This document shows positions 37,253-46,115 of a DNA stretch of 64,000 nucleotides, in pieces. The stretch is taken from NCBI GenBank assembly GCA_029261155.1, contig JAJDBW010000038.1:7706-71705 (forward strand), given 5' to 3'. The translations under genes and the position numbers were made by a program. This stretch comes from Nitrospirota bacterium (lineage in GTDB: Bacteria > Nitrospirota > Nitrospiria > SBBL01 > JAADHI01). Below the pieces are notes generated by a model that ran no database searches, was not told the DNA's origin, and saw only the letters and a program-made list of their open reading frames with translations. How positions within the stretch are numbered: position 1 is the stretch's first letter; each line of letters opens with the position of its first letter.

Positions 37253-37608
37253 TCGTTATCCTCATCGATAAGCTTGGGGTTTAGACTTCTGGAATCCTTG
37301 CCGTATCTACTTTTACGATATAAATGAAGCTGGATGATCGGAAATGAATAGATCGAATGTAGCGGAAACCGCAGGAGAAAGGCAAGGGCAAGACCGAAAC
37401 CCTAATCGATATTCAAGGAGACCTAGAAAAAGGGATGGAAGGGAGAAAGATAGAAAGGCGGGACTTGCCCTAAAAAAGGGGGATCGATCTGGGTGCGTCA
37501 TCCGGAGGAGATCGTGAGGCAGGTGGATAATAGCGGACAAAAGAATATGCACCACCTCCTGTTTCGAATTTCCTAACAGCCTTCTTTATTATCACCCTTG
37601 TCGGCATT

Positions 37609-38043
37609 CTATCCGGCTCCAAAGGTGAGGATCGCCATCTCTCCCTTTAGGGAAGGATGCAGGTCACAATGAAAGGAAAACTTTCCTGCTGATGTGGGTG
37701 AGAAATGGATACGAGCGGTTTTGCCGGGATCGAGATGGATGCCTTTCATGCCTTTGGTGTAGGTGATAATGCCGTTGACCTCGACCTCAACATCGAGCCC
37801 TTCGAAGATTGTGGAGAGGAAGCCGTGACGAACGAGGTCCCTGTTGTTGATGACCAGCATGACCGGCTGATCCGGCTGGAGGTTGTTCTCCTCAAATTGG
37901 TAGCTTCCATTTTGAATAAAGATGAAAACTTCTTTTTCACCTTGTCCAAAAACGGGGCGCGCGAAGAGAAAAGCGAGGAACGAAAGGATAAGTAATATTT
38001 TTAAAAGAAGAAGAATTTGGGGATGTTGTTTGATGCGTAACAT
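37609..38043 (-). CDS. secreted cupredoxin-fold protein
   Basis: 144 aa with a signal/anchor segment. The C-terminal FHCDLHPSLKGEM resembles the Cupredoxin_1 C-x2-H-P-x-M-x-G ligand loop, preceded by a candidate upstream His (VRHGF). Confidence 0.6.
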   Translation of the reverse strand: MLRIKQHPQILLLLKILLILSFLAFLFARPVFGQGEKEVFIFIQNGSYQFEENNLQPDQPVMLVINNRDLVRHGFLSTIFEGLDVEVEVNGIITYTKGMKGIHLDPGKTARIHFSPTSAGKFSFHCDLHPSLKGEMAILTFGAG

Positions 38044-38206
38044 ATGCCCGTCCTCTCACAACTCATTTTAGCATTTTCACAGTTCGCATTTAAAGCGCAG
38101 GGGGTTTTTTATTTGATTTGTCTTAAATCTCCTAGCCTTGTTTTGAGTGGACAATTTTTTTCGCGGAAAACGGTTGTTTTGAGTGTTGCGGAGATTTTAT
38201 TGCCAA

Positions 38207-39217
38207 TCAAGTAGAAGGCGGCATGATTTCATACGTGCCCTGAGAGAAGACAAGCTGGTCATCGACTTCCACCCTTTGCGCATCAAGGAAGATATCGACG
38301 TGAAAGCCGCCTTTTTTGGGGAAGCCCTTTTTTTTATATTGAAGATGTTTTGCGCCTAAGGAAAGATGAATGCCGCACATCCGTTCGAAAGTGCCGATGT
38401 CGCTTAGGGTGCGCGTCCGGGTCATGGCGCGATTCAAGCCGAAACCCAGTTCTCGAACCCTAACCACGTCTTCTTGTTCTCGAATGGCTTCGAGCACCTG
38501 ATGGAATTTAGCGGGGGCATCGGCGGCGGCAGTAAGAATGCCCGCTTCGATTTTGGCGCCAAAGGACTGCTCCGGCCGGTTGACCCTAAAGTCGCTGTCG
38601 CCAAAGGCAAAGATCTTGAGGGTTCCATTTACAAGGTCGATCGCCTCGGGCTCGGTAAACAGTTCTCCAATGGGAAATTGGCCTCCAATGTTTGTCATAC
38701 CCGCGTAGTGGCCGATATTTAACTTCGGATCTAAAAAAGGCCCGACATAGCGAAGTTCGGTGTCATCGCAAATTACGCGTATTGTCTTCGCTTGGGCCAC
38801 TTGCATTTTGAGCTTAGGCCCGATTGTACGGTAATAGTTTGGATCGTAGGCAAGGGCATCAACGTAGGTTTCAAAGTCCGCGTTTGCTATGCGTCCGAGG
38901 TGAGGGTGTTCTACCACTTTAAGCCCGCGCCTAAAAAGCTCGATACGGATGCGGAATTGGCTCAAGCGGAAACTGTCGGACTGAATGAGCACGACCAAGT
39001 CGCCCGCCGATAAAGCTCGGAAGCGTTCGAGAATGGTTTCCGGATCGCTTGCATCAAAATCGTAAAATTCGCTCTCGGGGAGAACCGCTTGATAGGCATC
39101 GCTAATCAGCTTGGATAAATCCGACCGCCGATCGAAGACGACAAGCGCCCGATGATCATCTGTATGTTCAAGGGCAATCCGAAGGGTATCGCGGAGGTTT
39201 TGTTGTGCGCGTTTCAT
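38207..39217 (-). CDS. hypothetical protein, weak resemblance to M29 (aminopeptidase T/S) family
   Basis: 336-aa well-formed ORF. RELGFGLN and the general layout are reminiscent of M29 enzymes, but the function is not secure. Confidence 0.4.
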   Translation of the reverse strand: MKRAQQNLRDTLRIALEHTDDHRALVVFDRRSDLSKLISDAYQAVLPESEFYDFDASDPETILERFRALSAGDLVVLIQSDSFRLSQFRIRIELFRRGLKVVEHPHLGRIANADFETYVDALAYDPNYYRTIGPKLKMQVAQAKTIRVICDDTELRYVGPFLDPKLNIGHYAGMTNIGGQFPIGELFTEPEAIDLVNGTLKIFAFGDSDFRVNRPEQSFGAKIEAGILTAAADAPAKFHQVLEAIREQEDVVRVRELGFGLNRAMTRTRTLSDIGTFERMCGIHLSLGAKHLQYKKKGFPKKGGFHVDIFLDAQRVEVDDQLVFSQGTYEIMPPST

Positions 39218-39796
39218 CGGTGTTATCTATCAAGGCTTAACCATTGAGTCAAGCATGAATGCCATTCTTCGATGTTTCTAGGAGAGAATTTAATTTTTTT
39301 GAGCATGTTTTGAAGGAAAGAGAGAGGAATTTTTGATATGAAAACGGTCGAGCCGGATTGCATCGGCGCTGCCGTTTTCGCGGCATCTCTTGAGAAAGGA
39401 AATGCCCTTATCCTGGCTGGATCATGATGCGATTGTCCAGGGCCTGAATGCCCGGGATTCCGAAGACCTTCTGCCAACGACGGTAGACCACATGGTCTTC
39501 TTTCTGTTGTGCGGTGATCTTTATCCGATGATCTTGTACCCCTACACCGAGTTTCTTAACTATTTTATTACCAAAAAATAGATGATCTGATTTTTTAAGC
39601 GGTCAAGGGGGTATTTTCAAGACGATATTTCAGGGGCAGAATATCCGGGGATTCAGTCATTTCTAAGCTTTTTTTAACATTATTGAACATTTTTTGTACA
39701 TTTGTGGCTTAATCTATTTCCCTTTAATAATAAGCAGCTTAGGACGTGATCAACATAAAGTAGCACATAATAGATAGTAATTTGTTTATTTTTTCC

Positions 39797-39826
39797 TTGA
39801 CATTTCAATTTTCAGGGCCTAATGAT
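39797..39826 (+). promoter_or_regulatory. candidate sigma70-type promoter of the MerR-like/ParA cluster
   Basis: TTGACA (39797-39802), an 18-nt spacer, then AATGAT (39821-39826), at the end of an AT-rich leader of about 240 bp. If real, it excludes the 39822 start and favours ATG 39849. Confidence 0.3.
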
Positions 39827-39848
39827 GTTGAGTACCAGAGGGTTCGCT

Positions 39849-40328
39849 ATGGGCCTTAGGAACGAAGAAAGATACACGCGTCGTGAAGTCAGCGAGATCA
39901 TCGGACTTAGCCGAAGGCAGGTTGAGCACTGGGATCGGACTGATCTGATCAAACCCAGCTTCCACACTGCGGGAGGCCATACCCGTTATACCTTCCAAGA
40001 TCTCATCGCCTTTAAAACGGCAAAGAAATTACTCGACGCCGGAATTTCCACTCAGCGCATTCGTCACAGCCTTCAAGAACTTCAGCGCCTCCTTCCACGC
40101 GTAAAGCGCCCCTTGGCCGAATTGACCTTGGTTGCGACGGGGGATTTGGTGCTTGTTTTTTATGAGGGGACGGTTTTCGATGCGGTTTCAGGCCAGGAGT
40201 GGATTATCGAAGTTTCCGAAGTGAAGCAGACGGTCGAAAAATGGCAGAGACGTGTCATGGAATATAAACGATACAGAAAGAATCGCAAGGACAAACCAAC
40301 CATGAAAAAGGCCAATGAGCATGCATAG
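39849..40328 (+). CDS. MerR-family HTH protein with uncharacterised C-terminal domain
   Basis: YTRREVSEIIGLSRRQVEHWDRTDLIKPS...RYTFQDLIAFKTAKKLLDAGIS is a MerR-type wHTH. The C-terminal approx 70 aa, with a basic tail, is unrecognised. The track start at 39822 is an alternative. Confidence 0.75.
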   Translation: MGLRNEERYTRREVSEIIGLSRRQVEHWDRTDLIKPSFHTAGGHTRYTFQDLIAFKTAKKLLDAGISTQRIRHSLQELQRLLPRVKRPLAELTLVATGDLVLVFYEGTVFDAVSGQEWIIEVSEVKQTVEKWQRRVMEYKRYRKNRKDKPTMKKANEHA

Positions 40329-40357
40329 CTTAGCGGACCTGGAAAAGGAGGGAAACC

Positions 40358-41197
40358 ATGCGTATTATTTCGGTGATCAATCAAAAGGGAGGCTGCGGCA
40401 AAACCACGACGGCAATCAATCTGTCCGCCTGCCTTTCCAAGCGCAAACGACGTGTCTTACTGATCGACCTCGATCCGCAAGGGCATGCCTCTATTGGCTT
40501 AAATTTAAACCCGGAGATCTTGCCCCATGGCATGACGGAGGTGCTAACCCACGGTGCCTTCCTGGATGATGTGATTTGTGCCTCGGTTCGACACAACTTG
40601 GATGTCGCGCCGGCAAACATTACCCTGAGTGCGATCGAACAGCTTTTGGCCGGGGCGGCGCATAAGGAAAGTCGCTTACTCACCGCGATTGAAAAGCTGC
40701 GGCGGCCTTACGATTACATCATTATCGACTCTCCGCCCAACCTTGGAATCCTCACCTTCAATGCCCTCCGCGCTTCCGCCCTGTCGATTGTGCCAGTCGA
40801 TATGGGATTTTTCTCATTGCATGGACTGGGCAAACTTAAAGAAACCATTGAGGTGATTGCCCGGCATACGGGACACCGAATTGAGCTCCGCGCACTCTCG
40901 ACCATGGTCGACAGCCGCATGCGGTTTGTCCAAGAGGTCTTAAAAGATTTAGCGCGTCACTTCGAAGGGAAGGTCTTTGAGACCCGAATCCGCAATAATG
41001 TGAGACTGCGCGAAGCCTCCAGCCAGGGTATGCCCATTGTCGAGTACGAAGCCAACTCGAACGGTGCGCAGGATTACGAGGCTGTCGCTCAGGAACTCAT
41101 TGCCATGGAAGAAGCCCGTGGGCAGAAGGTTTCCGAGTTGCAAGTGCCAGTAGGCGAGCGGGTTGAAACGGCACTTGGGGGCGAGCCCTGGTCTTAA
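40358..41197 (+). CDS. ParA/Soj-type deviant Walker A ATPase
   Basis: 279 aa with MRIISVINQKGGCGKTTTAINLS (KGGxxGKT), LLIDLDPQG and IIIDSPPNLG. Confidence 0.9.
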   Translation: MRIISVINQKGGCGKTTTAINLSACLSKRKRRVLLIDLDPQGHASIGLNLNPEILPHGMTEVLTHGAFLDDVICASVRHNLDVAPANITLSAIEQLLAGAAHKESRLLTAIEKLRRPYDYIIIDSPPNLGILTFNALRASALSIVPVDMGFFSLHGLGKLKETIEVIARHTGHRIELRALSTMVDSRMRFVQEVLKDLARHFEGKVFETRIRNNVRLREASSQGMPIVEYEANSNGAQDYEAVAQELIAMEEARGQKVSELQVPVGERVETALGGEPWS

Positions 41198-41250
41198 AGT
41201 AGTACCAAAAATTCGGCCGGGCATGAAAAGACCAGAGTGGAGAGGGGCGT

Positions 41251-42153
41251 GTGGAGCGTAGATCCTCGGGAACGGGCATAGAGTCGATTTCTCATTTCTT
41301 TTTATCCCCGATTCAGTCGGGGGAGCCTAAATCGTCCTCGTCCCAAAAAAATCCTGTTTTTCTTCCTTCCCAAACCGGTCATCGTGTCCTTGCGTTAAGT
41401 GGGCAAACGCCGGGGCTCCCGTCGATCTATTGGTCGGCACATCTCGCTACGGCCCTTGTGGCCTGTGGCAAAAAAGTCCTCTTGCTTGATGTCGGAACCG
41501 CACCTGATCAATTGGCCGCCGTGTTGGATTCCGTTTCCGTTTATCCCAGTTTGGATGCCTTCTTGAAGCAGCCGGTGAAAACCCTAACGCTTGAGACGCC
41601 GGGGGGATTTCGGGCTTTGTCTTTCCAAATATGCATCGACGAATTAGAACGTTTTAAGCTGGCAGAGCGGGAGATGCTTTTCGGTATCTTGCACTGCGAG
41701 GAACAGGCGGCGGATGTGCTCCTGATTAACATTCAATTCGATGCGATGGCTGAGAGCTGGATTCGCTATCTCCATGTGCTCCAAGAAGCGGTATTGGTGA
41801 TCTCCCGTGAAGATACGCTGGGCGCCTACCGGATTTTGAAACTGCTGTATTCCATCCATCCTGGCTTGCGTTTGGGCTTGATGGAATACAGTCACTGTTT
41901 AAGTCCGGCTGAGCGTGCAGCGGAAACCTTGGGGCGTGCGGCGCAAACTTTTCTGAAAAAAACGCCCTTGAACTTAGGGCATATTCCGCTGGAGGTCGTT
42001 TCGGATAAGGCGCTTTTTCTCAAAAACCAGCCCAATGCGGCGATGATTGAGATCGCTCAAAAAATAATACAGGGCTTGAATCGTCGCGCGGGACAAAAAT
42101 CTTTTTTTGAACAACTTCAAAGGCCGACGCGACAGCGATCGGAACGACAGTGA
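41251..42153 (+). CDS. ParA/MinD-like paralog with degenerate Walker A (probable pseudo-ATPase)
   Basis: HRVLALSGQTPGLPSIYWSAHLATALVACGKKVLLLDVG aligns by eye to the ...SGKGGVGKT...LA..GK.VLL.D.D region, but GKGGVGKT is replaced by GQTPGLPS. The Walker-B-like DVLLINI is kept. Non-ATG start in the track. Confidence 0.6.
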   Translation: MERRSSGTGIESISHFFLSPIQSGEPKSSSSQKNPVFLPSQTGHRVLALSGQTPGLPSIYWSAHLATALVACGKKVLLLDVGTAPDQLAAVLDSVSVYPSLDAFLKQPVKTLTLETPGGFRALSFQICIDELERFKLAEREMLFGILHCEEQAADVLLINIQFDAMAESWIRYLHVLQEAVLVISREDTLGAYRILKLLYSIHPGLRLGLMEYSHCLSPAERAAETLGRAAQTFLKKTPLNLGHIPLEVVSDKALFLKNQPNAAMIEIAQKIIQGLNRRAGQKSFFEQLQRPTRQRSERQ

Positions 42154-42169
42154 AAGCGGAGATCCATTG

Positions 42170-42748
42170 ATGAAGCTTCGATGTACGTCCATATCGGATG
42201 CCACACTGCTCCAGGACTTGGTTCTTCAAGAAATCGAGTCCATTGAAAGGGATGTGAAAATTTTCGAAACTGGCCTGGATACTGCCTGGGGTCTCGTCAG
42301 CCTTGGCCTCGACCCTGGAGGACGGCTCGTCATTTTGCTTATCCTCGGTGCCGAGGGGGAAACGAGCGAGAAGGGTCGGCAAGACGATCAGGTTTCTCGC
42401 TTGATCGGAATCTATCGTTGGATTATGGGGATGATGCCCTTCCTCAGCCGCAGCTACGCCGGACGTGGGTTAGACGGCACGCGTCATCCTCGGGTGCTTG
42501 TTATCGCACCAGACGATTCGCGGACCTTTATCGAGGCGCTCGGCTATTTGCGCTTTAAGGTCGATTGCTATCGCTATCAAGGAATTGAAGTTCAGGGGGA
42601 ACCCAGTTTAATTTTGATTCCTTCGCCGCCGCGATCGCATGCAACAGCCTTAAAAAATACGGCCGTTTCAAAAAGCTTATTGAAATCCACTGAGCTTTCG
42701 GGAGAAGAGGTGCATTTTTTTGAGGAAGACCCCCCTGAAGTGGAATAA
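42170..42748 (+). CDS. NucS/DUF91-like (PD-(D/E)xK fold-like) protein with substituted catalytic positions
   Basis: 192 aa from ATG 42170 (GGAG 8 nt upstream). LQDLVLQEIESIERDVKIFETGLDT..GLVSLGLDPGGRLVILLILG...VLVIAPDDSRTFIEAL follows the NucS C-domain layout, but the E-x-K strand reads LLILG. Has an acidic LSGEEVHFFEE tail. Confidence 0.5.
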   Translation: MKLRCTSISDATLLQDLVLQEIESIERDVKIFETGLDTAWGLVSLGLDPGGRLVILLILGAEGETSEKGRQDDQVSRLIGIYRWIMGMMPFLSRSYAGRGLDGTRHPRVLVIAPDDSRTFIEALGYLRFKVDCYRYQGIEVQGEPSLILIPSPPRSHATALKNTAVSKSLLKSTELSGEEVHFFEEDPPEVE

Positions 42749-42966
42749 GGCCTAAAAAAGAGTAAGCTTAGACCTCTCGTTTTCCCTTCCGAATTCAAGT
42801 GATATTTCCCGTCTTATTCTAAGCGCGTCGGCGTCAATCCGTTTTTTATTTCTTAAGGAAATTCACCCTGTTTTTATAGATTGAACGATCTCGGCTTGCG
42901 TGGTTTTTAAAGAAAAGGGTCTGGTGGACAAGGTATTTAAAAAGTTTGAAAGTGCCGATTTTATCT

Positions 42967-45495
42967 TTAATCGCCATTCCGGATTGCACCCTCGGGTCCG
43001 AGGGGTTTCATCCAAATAATTAACTGCGGCAAGAGTGTCATGGCGGCGATCAGGGCGATGACCATCGCAAGGCCCGTTAACAAACCGAAATAGATACTGG
43101 GAATGAAGTTCGAAAGGGTGAGGATTGAAAACCCGATAACAATCGTTACCGAAGTGTAATACATGGCATAGCCGATGCTTTCGTGACAACGGCGCATGGT
43201 TTGGATGTAGTTTCGGTCTTTGGAAAATTCGTGTTTAAAGCGGTGAATGTAGTGAATGGTATCGTCCACGGCAATGCCGACACTGATGGCCGCAATGGTA
43301 ATCGTCATCATGTCGAGTGGAATGCCGAACCAGCCCATGATGCCCAGTATGATACCGATAGACAGCAGGTTCGGCATGATCGCAATGAAGCTAAATTGGA
43401 TAGACCTGAACAGCACCAGAAACATAAGCATTAGGGCGACCACCGTGACACCCAGGGTTTTTATCTGGGAGTCAAACAGGCTTTGCAACATGTTGTTGTA
43501 CAAGACCATCATCCCGGTCACGTGGACATTTTCTTCTTTCAGTTCGAAGGTGTTGATCAAGTCGTGGCGTATTTTTTTTAAAAAGACGTCGCGTTTGAGT
43601 GAGGGCTCGGAATCGCGTACCCGGATGGCAAAGCGCGCCTGGTTGTGCTCAATGGAGACATAGGGCGTGAGGACAAGGTCGATGATTTCTTTCGGCAATT
43701 TTTCATAGAGGACGGCCAGCTCAAAGTTGTCGAGCGGCTCGCCTTTGTTGAGGTGCTCGGCCACCTTGAGCATTGTCCCAAGAGAAAGGACTTTTCCGGT
43801 TTCGGGAAGGTTGTTTAAATAGGCGTCAATTTTTTTAATGACGTTCATCTTTTCCGAGGTAAACCAATATTTATCGGCGTTCTCCTCCTCTTCAAATTCC
43901 TCAAAGGCATCGAAAGTGTCAAAGGCGTTTTCGTCAATGTCCGCAGCGGGAGCAGGCCTTGCTTTTTCTGGCGCACTTTCAAAATCGATGGCGATATCCA
44001 GCGGCGTGGTGCCTCCGAGATTTTGATCGATCAATTTCATGCCCTGATAGATTTCTGTGGACTGTTTAAAGTAGTCGATGAAACTATTTTCGACAACCAA
44101 GCGTGTAATTCCCACCATGCTCAGGATCAAGGCTAGCCCGCTGACAAGCATGATGAGCGGACCCCGTGTGGCCGTAAAGTCGGCAAAAAAGGTGGTTAAG
44201 GGAAAGCTCGGCTTTCTGGAGGAATCGGACGTGGCCTTGTTCAGGAAAATGAGCACCACTGGAAAAATGAGGAAGGTGAGGATCAAGGACACGCTGATGC
44301 CCGCGATCATCATCCAGCCGAAATTAATGACGGGGAGGATATCGCTCAAGACGAGCGAGGCGAATCCGGCAATTGTGGTCAGCGCGGCATAAAGGCAAGG
44401 CAAAAACATGGAACTCACCGTATTGAGAATGAGTTCCCGGTGGCCGGCCGTGGGCTCTTCTTCCTCCAGTTCCCGGTATCGGACAATCAAATGAATCGTC
44501 ATGGCCATGGTGATAATCAACTGAAGTGAAATAAAGTTCGAGGAGATCACCGTGACTTCCCAGCCGAAGAGTCCTAGAAAACCCACCATCGCCAAGGTTG
44601 AGAAGAAGCAGCAAAACAGGGGAATGACGATCCAGCGGATGCGTCCAAAAATCGCCTTCAAGGTGAGGATTAAAAAAAAGAGAACGCCAAAGCCAAATAA
44701 CTTGAGGTCTTTTTTAATAAAGGTGATTAAGTCATCCGCGATCATACTGACACCGCCTAAAAAAAGCTCTGCATCGACACGATAGCCATCCATGACCGCG
44801 CGGATTTCCACGATATTGCGGTGCCGCTTCACTTTCATTTCTTCATTGTGTTGACGGAAGTCGGCTCTCACTTGTGCGTATTCCAATTTTTCGTCCGTCA
44901 TCAGTCGACCTTCCCGTTCCTTATCGCGTAGGGCGGTCCGTCTTTCGAGCAGTTCCTTTCCCCGGGTATCTGAGGGGAAAATCACTTGGAGGGCCGTCGT
45001 TTTTAAATTGGGGCTAATGATGAGGTTTTGGTAAATTGGGCTGTTTTGAAACTCGACCCGCGCCAGTGCTTTATCCACAGTGGCCGATCGAAGCGTGATC
45101 AAGGTACTGGCCAGTTCTTTTATCGGGATAGGTGGACTTTCCAATAAGGGCACATCTAAGAGTGAAAGCACCGAATCCACCCCTTCAAGTGTTTTCAAAT
45201 CATGTTGTAGTTTTTCGATCCTTTCGAGGGATGCCGATGAGAAAAGATCGTCCTTGGGCGTATAGGTTACCACGACAAAATCTTGTTCACCATAGCGGTT
45301 AATGAGGGTTCGCGTATCCCGCAGATCTTGATCGTCTTCTAATATCAGGGTATCCGCCGAGGCATCCAAACTAAAATTTTTGGCTTGATACGCGACAAAG
45401 GATATGAAGAACAGAATACAGACCAGGACGATACGCGGGTGTCCCAATACGATTCGATCAAAAAGACGCGCAGAAAGGGATTGAGGGACATTCAT
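42967..45495 (-). CDS. RND-superfamily MMPL/HpnN-like lipid exporter
   Basis: 842 aa with two 6-TM bundles separated by large periplasmic loops. The N-terminal pattern (FSLDASADTLILEDDQDL...) is typical of COG1033-type exporters. Confidence 0.8.
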   Translation of the reverse strand: MNVPQSLSARLFDRIVLGHPRIVLVCILFFISFVAYQAKNFSLDASADTLILEDDQDLRDTRTLINRYGEQDFVVVTYTPKDDLFSSASLERIEKLQHDLKTLEGVDSVLSLLDVPLLESPPIPIKELASTLITLRSATVDKALARVEFQNSPIYQNLIISPNLKTTALQVIFPSDTRGKELLERRTALRDKEREGRLMTDEKLEYAQVRADFRQHNEEMKVKRHRNIVEIRAVMDGYRVDAELFLGGVSMIADDLITFIKKDLKLFGFGVLFFLILTLKAIFGRIRWIVIPLFCCFFSTLAMVGFLGLFGWEVTVISSNFISLQLIITMAMTIHLIVRYRELEEEEPTAGHRELILNTVSSMFLPCLYAALTTIAGFASLVLSDILPVINFGWMMIAGISVSLILTFLIFPVVLIFLNKATSDSSRKPSFPLTTFFADFTATRGPLIMLVSGLALILSMVGITRLVVENSFIDYFKQSTEIYQGMKLIDQNLGGTTPLDIAIDFESAPEKARPAPAADIDENAFDTFDAFEEFEEEENADKYWFTSEKMNVIKKIDAYLNNLPETGKVLSLGTMLKVAEHLNKGEPLDNFELAVLYEKLPKEIIDLVLTPYVSIEHNQARFAIRVRDSEPSLKRDVFLKKIRHDLINTFELKEENVHVTGMMVLYNNMLQSLFDSQIKTLGVTVVALMLMFLVLFRSIQFSFIAIMPNLLSIGIILGIMGWFGIPLDMMTITIAAISVGIAVDDTIHYIHRFKHEFSKDRNYIQTMRRCHESIGYAMYYTSVTIVIGFSILTLSNFIPSIYFGLLTGLAMVIALIAAMTLLPQLIIWMKPLGPEGAIRNGD

Positions 45496-45527
45496 TGGAC
45501 GGAAGACTTCCTTTGCGCGGTGGTCGT

Positions 45528-46112
45528 TTAGTTGGCTTCGGGCCGTTCCAGCTTGGAAAAGAGGTCTTTCATGGTGCCGGTCTGAAGGACTTCGTTAAAT
45601 TGGGAGCGATAGGTCGTAATAAGGCTGACACCTTCCAATTCAAGATCGTAGACTTGCCATCCCGCATTTTTCGATTTATAAAGTTTGTAGAGCATCGTAA
45701 TTTTATTGTCTCCGGAGACCAGCGCCGTCATCATCTGAACCTTGTTCTTTACCTGCTCGGGTTTGCTGTATACGATCTTTTCGTCATCGTATAAATCGAG
45801 TTTTTCGAGATAAGAGGCCTTGAGTCGTTCGATAAACAATTTTGTAAAACGGACCTGATCCGCCTTATTGAGTCCGGGCCAGTGTTTTTTCCCCAGGCTC
45901 AGTTTCGCCATGGTTTCAAAATCGAAGGCTTCTGTAATGATGACCACTATTTTATCGTTCCGTTCTGGTTTCTCCAGTTTTTTATCCTGGAGCAGGGTCA
46001 TAATATTGTTGAGCCGTTTTGTTAAAAAGGCGTCCACTTCGGCGGTATCGTCCGCGTAAGCCGGCGGGGTCACGAGTAGTAGACCGATCAATACAAACAC
46101 TGCTTTTTTCAT
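45528..46112 (-). CDS. mlaC: MlaC/Ttg2D-family periplasmic lipid-binding protein
   Basis: 194 aa with a signal peptide and a pattern typical of toluene-tolerance Ttg2D/MlaC (FDFETMAKLSLGKKHW...Q..FT.LF...L...Y). Confidence 0.75.
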   Translation of the reverse strand: MKKAVFVLIGLLLVTPPAYADDTAEVDAFLTKRLNNIMTLLQDKKLEKPERNDKIVVIITEAFDFETMAKLSLGKKHWPGLNKADQVRFTKLFIERLKASYLEKLDLYDDEKIVYSKPEQVKNKVQMMTALVSGDNKITMLYKLYKSKNAGWQVYDLELEGVSLITTYRSQFNEVLQTGTMKDLFSKLERPEAN

Positions 46113-46115
46113 CCA

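Noticed and set aside
37395-37570. 57-aa very basic plus-strand ORF (MNRSNVAETAGERQGQDRNPNRYSRRPRKRDGREKDRK...)
   Set aside because: It is a low-complexity Arg/Lys/Gly-rich translation of purine-rich intergenic DNA with no RBS. It is probably not a gene.
39408-39590. Minus-strand frame ...KITAQQKEDHVVYRRWQKVFGIPGIQALDNRIMIQPG
   Set aside because: It looks protein-like, but it has no ATG/GTG/TTG start in the open part of the frame, and I could not place it in a family. It may be a gene remnant. I did not call it.
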